DNA of 64,000 nt, from assembly GCA_964016885.1 (NCBI GenBank), contig OZ024740.1, positions 54,498,001-54,562,000 on the forward strand, in the 5' to 3' direction. A program made the position numbers and the translations under genes. This DNA comes from Eledone cirrhosa (lineage: Eukaryota). Shown here piece by piece: positions 57,655-64,000 of this stretch (positions are counted from its first letter, which is position 1; each line of letters starts with the position of its first letter). The notes under the pieces were generated by a model. The model worked only from the letters and a program-made list of their open reading frames with translations. It made no database searches and was not told where the DNA came from.

Positions 57655-59436
57655 GGTATATATGTATATAGGTGTTTGAATATGTGTGTATATGATTATG
57701 TGCACATGTGTAAATGTGTATTTAGGTTTGCATCTATTTGTGCGTATGTATATTTTTGGTTGGATATCAATATAACTGTACCTCTCTATATATAGTGTGG
57801 ATATATGCACTTTGTAATCTATGAAATATATGTTTTAACTATGCCAACATGAATTTATCTGAGTTTGATTATTTATACATAAACATACTTGATAGTATTT
57901 TAAAGCGTATGATATGCTATATTATACTAAGTGCATTTTCCCACACCGTACTATATTGTGTTCGTTATGTTGTATATTATCGCATTACTGTATTTCATTA
58001 TCTTATAATTTTCATATTTTAATATACTATCTCTCCTAGCCATAACCTTAATTTATATTCACCTTAAAACTCAATACAACACTAATCAACATTTATTTTG
58101 ACATTCCTTTTAATTTCACTATACCAGATACATTCAACTATCAGTTTGACAATCCCTTTCCTCCTAATATATTTGTATGCCAATTCTACTATTAACACCA
58201 TTCAACCATTCCTTTCAAAGGGTCATGATATCAACTAATATTACTTTTCATCTTAACACCATATGAAAAAAACAATTTGATTGGTTAGTTCTTCAACCAC
58301 CTCCAAATAAGGACATGATACTAACATACTACTAATTCTGATAAAATTATTATTGCTTTTGAAAACAGCTGGTGATATGCATGTAAGTAAATATTCTCTT
58401 TATCTGATATTTTGTAACTAACCTTACATAGATCAATAATGGAGTATAGCTACAATGTATTATAATCACCTAGAAACGATCGTAAAGTAGTGAAGTATAT
58501 CTCTAATGACTTGATTTTTTATTTCATTTTTTTTTACTTATATATATATATATATACATGTGTGTGTGTGTGTGTGAGGTTGGTAGCTAAGATGCTACCA
58601 TATGCGGTATGCCGGTTGAGCATTCTATGCTCTTACAGAGCAGAGTATGATATAATATAAAACGAAAACTGAAATGCATCTGACTCAATTTATTGTATGT
58701 TACAATTGTTTCGCCGGCGGACAGCTCGAGACGCGACCATTGTGTGGATCTATTTGATTCTGGACCCGCAGGATCGACAGACACGTCTAATGATTTCGGA
58801 GCATATTCTTCCACTGGCGTATCTGACCCTGTGGGCCAGTACTGTCAAAATCTCCATCCTCTTCACGCGGCCAGTGATTGGCCGCTGGTTGCCTACGTCA
58901 TCATAAATACTGACCACAGATATTATTTCTCTGTCGCATGTCTGCTACGCGTCAATGAATTACTGCTGAGTTTGATAGTCCACGCATCCACGCGCGCACT
59001 CACACACACATACACACACACGCACACAACCACATAGATACCGACAGTCGTACGCATAGGCTCCCGCTATACCCATACATTGAGGAGATCATACAAACAT
59101 GTAAATATACGGATACATTCATGCAGAGAGGCACGTATATAAATAGACACATGTCCACAGGCATATATACATAAACACGCACATACACATGCTCATACAT
59201 GCATACGCCTATGTATACAGGCACACACAAACACGTACATACATGTACTTAGACCCCCCCCCCCCCGTCCACCCATGCACACACACATATATACATGCAC
59301 AGATAGACACTCGCTCGTAAACAATGCATATATACAGACACACACACACACAGCCTCATATACACTCCTACAGCTATGCGCATATTCCCATACACACCCA
59401 CGCACGCATAAAAAATATATAAAAAATAATAATATT

Positions 59437-59498
<62 letters not shown>

Positions 59499-59521
59499 GT
59501 ATATATATATATATATATATT

Positions 59522-59558
<37 letters not shown>

Positions 59559-59684
59559 GAATAGAATATACACACAAAGTCATATAAAGATATACAATGG
59601 GTCGTACATGAAAGGATGCATCTTGTCGTAAACATGTACACATAAATAATACATACATACACACACACACATATATATATATAT

Positions 59685-59759
<75 letters not shown>

Positions 59760-60529
59760 CATATACGCATATACATATATATAATAATATAAAATATAAA
59801 ATATATCAAAATATTAAAAATATTAACAATATTAAAAATATTAAAAATATACATGTAACGGCACATAGAGATACACAGTGTGCTATACATGAAAGGGTGC
59901 GCCCAGTTGCATGTGTCTACAGAGATGTTGTTACGTTGAGAACATGGATCAATCCTCGTATGGAATCTTTACGCAAGGCCACATAATGGGCTTTCATGGT
60001 ATTACAGTACATAGTATGCTCAGGCCGTACAAAGAAAATGCGTACAGAATATATATAAAAAAACAGAAGGAACGTGTATGGATATGAGGTAGTACACAAG
60101 ATAAGTATGAGATACACACGTGGAGGGAATGCATACGGAAAATGCGTTAGGTGTTACAAAAAGGAATACGTGGAGAGTATGCACTCTCTATTAAAAAGAT
60201 ACATCTGGAGTGGGGTGCGTGGACCGGCCATACTGGAGTATGTCACTGTGATTGAGGTATAGTGTATTATCGGTGTAAGGCATTTGACCGAATATTAATG
60301 GAATCCGGGTCAAGCTGTCCCGGCTCAGGTGACGTTCTTGCCTAGGGACACGTGCAGAGTCGGGTGGGCATCCTGGTTTATTTCGGCTTACTCCACGGGG
60401 TATATATGGTCAACAGGGTATGGTGTCTGATCTCTTGACCCATCCGACACTTTGGTCGGCGTGCGCTCCGCCGCCTGCTTTTAGCTTGGGCTGCCCGGTG
60501 GATTCCATGCGGAGAGTTTACACCTTCTC

Positions 60530-62935
60530 TGGTGTCTGCACGTCATGATTATTTCTGATTTCAGGTTGACCGCATCATCCTTCAGTCTGACTATCTCCAT
60601 GGCCTCGGATAGGCATAGCCTGCACTTTCTATTTCCATGCGAATATGCACTCGCGTGCCGAACGATCCTCTAGTTAAGGGCATACGAGGTGCCTTTGTGT
60701 TTCAATTCCCACACCAGGTCCGCCAGCCTAGTAGAGTGCCTCTTGCTCCGGACCTTGAAAGAGTTCGTATGGTTATACATCTGCTATTTAAAGGTCGTTG
60801 ATGTTCTGTCGATGTAGGTGCGCTTTATAGTGTGCGTGCTAATCACACATTTATATACCAGGCCCTTCGGTAGGCATCTTCCCTGCAGGAGGCACTGTGT
60901 ACCCGCTCTGCAGTTGCAGGTTCTATCGTTATAGTGTTCGTTTCGGATGCTTGGCACTTGATCTGCGATAGTCCTCTCCCGATTCTCTGGGTGATCTCAC
61001 TTCCGCCACTAATTACCACGCGGCGATGGATTGTATCGTCTTCCGCAGGCGTGGCGGCCGCCGCACGGCTGGGTTGTAGTTGGAAGACCGGGCTCCGATG
61101 GACGGTCATTCGGTCGCCGCTGTTGCCGGTCTAGGTTCCCCATCTTCACCGCGTTGGTATGGCCATGTAGTCGGCCATGTTAGGTGCGGTGGAGAAGAAA
61201 AACTTCACCGTGTGGCGGTTGAAAATCGTGTGGTATTTGCTCAATGGCGGGAAGCACTCGTCTAACGCTCGGAAGGAGAGGCCTGGGTCATTGCTGCATA
61301 CATGCTTAGAATACGGCGCGTTAAACCATGTAACGGCCTTAGACCTTGTCTTGTTCTTTCGTGTGTGTGTAGTAGTGTGTGTATCGGGTCTGGTGTCCGT
61401 CCCGGGTTTTTCCCACCCGTTATTTCGTCCCCTATGTTGTCGCTATCTATATTTGTGTCGAGCGTCGGGGTTATGCCGTTTGCTTACTGAGGTATTCCGT
61501 TTTATATTTTCGGTTCTATTGTTAGTCTCGTTGCTACTATGTGGTGCTGTTGTCGGGGCTATATCATTGCTACAGGGTCGGATGTTCCCTCTACCGGGTT
61601 TCACGGCTGTACCCATCCTTACTCTGTCCCTAGTTCTAGTTTCTGCGACGCATGTGGTGTGTGTGCCGGGCTTCTGTCTCTGTGTACTAGGTGGTCTGTC
61701 GTCCTTGTGTGTCTTCGTCTGTCTTATTTTCGGTATTGCGTTCTTGTGGTGATCTATTCTGCTACTCGTGTTCTTGGAATCTAGTTCCGGGTCTTTCCGT
61801 CTACTTATGGAAGTGCTACTGCTATTGTCGTATCCGCATACCTCGGCGCTAGGCTCTTCCCTGTCCGTGGTGTACACTATGGTGTCTGTGTAACCGGCCC
61901 TGCGCAGTGCCTCATTATAATAGTCGGCGTGCTGGTTGAACACGTCTGCGTTGGCCGACAGGGTGGATACACTTTTTTGACACCCCTTTAACTATTGCTT
62001 CTATGACCGACTTGGGGTGGTTCGGTTGCCTGTTCACATACTCCAAGTTCTCATTGGGCTTGTGATAAGATCGGTGTATGCCCGTATTGATTTCCAGGGT
62101 AACGTCCAGGAAATTCACCGTTTTAGTGCTAGGATCTATCATCACGAATAAGCCGTGTTGTTTAAAAAAATGCGATATGCGCTTCCTAATACGCTCCAGC
62201 TGGCTGGGGTTTAGGGAACAGAAGGTAAAAAGTGCGTCGTCTCTGTATATTCCTCCGCCGATCCCTGGGATCTCCTCGGCTAATCTTTGGAGGAGATAGA
62301 TTCTCACGAGGTCGGTCACCTGCGCAGAGTCGCTCGACGTCATAGTAATATCGAAACTGTAGGGGCTGTCCCTCCTCTCCCATAATTTATTTTCGAAGCT
62401 AATTGGCGTCTTTCTCGCTGTTATTATGAGGCTGGCCTCATTCCTAGTGAGGTTGGACTTGGCCATGGCGCTCATGAGGGCCTTGTTCAATATTACTGGT
62501 GATATTGACGCGTAGTAATTCGCTATGTCTAATTGAATAAAACTTACCTGTTGTTTGCTATCTATTAGCAAGAACCAGTCAATTACCTCCTTAGTGGAGG
62601 TCCATAAGCTAAGCCTAGTTTTGTTCCTATCTACCGATAGTATCTTGTCTATGATATGCTTGCTGGTCCTACCTATGTCCGATTTGGAGGTTGCTATTAG
62701 CCTAACAGGTAGATTAGTTATAAAGTCTAATGTCTGATCCTTAATGGATATCCGTGGTTTTCTTGGTACATACTCTGCTGTCCTGTCATCTATTCCTAGC
62801 CCAGTCATTATTTTTTGGGTCGTGGCGTTAATATTATCTAAGTTGTCCTGTTGTCCTGTAGTATTTCCTAATCTTTTTCCTGATGAAGTCGTTGTATGTA
62901 AAACGGTCAAGCATGTATACATTACCAGTTTTGTC
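60530..62935 (-). mobile_element. Penelope-like element (RT + GIY-YIG), frameshifted
   Basis: ORF 61915-63051: FIQLDIANYYASI, FDITMTSSDSAQVTDLV, GGGIYRDDAL, VNFLDVT, YHKPN. Downstream WFNAPYS, YHTIFNRHTVKFFFS, TYIDRTSTTF, LVWELK and CRLCLSEA. Confidence 0.9.
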
Positions 62936-63013
62936 CGAGGGCACAATATATATATATCTTGACAATATATATATATTGTCCGAGGGCACATATATATATA
63001 TATATTATATAGA

Positions 63014-63193
63014 GGGCGGTGAATTGGCAGTATCGGTAGAGGGTCGGCCATGCTTTCCAGCAGAGTTACGTCCCTTTACAATCTGAGTTCAAATCCTGAC
63101 GAGGTTAACTTTGCCTTTCATCCTTACGGGGTCGATAAAATAAAATACCAGTAATGTGTTGGGTAATTGCTGGCCTTGTGCCTAAAATAAAAA

Positions 63194-63200
<7 letters not shown>
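63014..63200 (+). mobile_element. tRNA-derived SINE, same family as 28901
   Basis: gggcggtgaattggcagtatcggtag head, B-box gagttcaaatcc and conserved body. Confidence 0.85.
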
Positions 63201-63238
<38 letters not shown>

Positions 63239-63245
63239 ATATACA

Positions 63246-63303
<58 letters not shown>

Positions 63304-63627
63304 ATACTTTGGGAGAGTCATGTTGCCAATAAGAAACACACGTACCGATGCGTCGACTCCAATTTTTTATAAATAAAAGATTTAAAAAATATTTTTCAAA
63401 AAATTTATAAACTTCCGATTGGTTGGTTCCACAACCGGACGGTTGTTCGTATATTGTCAAAGTTCTTTCGTCACACATTCTGTGACCTCTTCATTGACTG
63501 GGGATTATTTTCTTTGTTTTGTGCCTCTCCTTTGTTCTGTCCTACGCCATCTTGTTTTAGTGTCTGTTGTGTGCTTATTTTGAGCATGTGTTACATACGG
63601 GTGTCTGTGTGTGTTTTTATGTGTTTA

Positions 63628-63935
63628 ATTACAAATATAGTCCAAAGTCACCAACTTAAATCTAAACAAATTTGGTTATATAGAGCCCAATAGGGCTTAA
63701 TTTCTGTGTAATAGAAAATAGATATGTGTATTGTAATATGTGTGTGTGTGTGTGTGTGTGTGCGCGCACATATATGCATGTATATATTGTACCTTTTGAT
63801 TTTTGATCTGGAATTTCAGTGTTGGTATAGATATATTATTATTATAATGTATTATACTGCGTTATATATAATTCCTGCTCTATATAACCAAATTTGTTTA
63901 GATTTAAGTTGGTGACTTTGGACTATATTTGTAAT
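63628..63935. repeat. Inverted repeat, 59-bp arms
   Basis: attacaaatatagtcc...tatagagc (63628-63686) pairs with gctctata...tttgtaat (63877-63935). Confidence 0.85.
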
Positions 63936-64000
63936 ATGGTTCTTAATGTTATCTACATCCTTAGTTATTATAATTTTATTATTTTTATCTTCATTTTTAT

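Noticed and set aside
58696-58745. Minus-strand ggc GAAA caattg TA acat half-hammerhead
   Set aside because: No recognisable CTGANGA strand upstream.

Overview
This is AT-rich, microsatellite-dense eukaryotic DNA. The tRNA-derived SINEs resemble octopod cephalopod families (inference). I cannot support any host gene exon, and nearly all listed ORFs are translations of (TA)n/(CA)n. The window is a transposon landscape: an intact ORF1 of an L1/Tx1-type LINE running off the left edge (absent from the ORF track), at least seven decayed Penelope-like elements (PLEs; RT and/or GIY-YIG), RTE and CRE-like LINE relics, two Helitron derivatives, a mariner relic, a MITE and SINEs. The main signal is a set of non-coding mini-elements sitting in (TA)n tracts. 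They share one design: tandem direct units of about 440-660 bp plus a partial inverted copy, or a simple fold-back. Many carry a type I hammerhead ribozyme (HHR) with a short, usually palindromic stem III. The clearest case is a near-identical 3 x 466-bp retrozyme-like array at 6070-7837 with four HHRs. Other families carry unusual HHRs: a U3-A8 compensated core, a long branched stem II, mismatched 10.1-11.1 pairs and a possible type II permutation. All folds were read by eye and ribozyme activity is untested.
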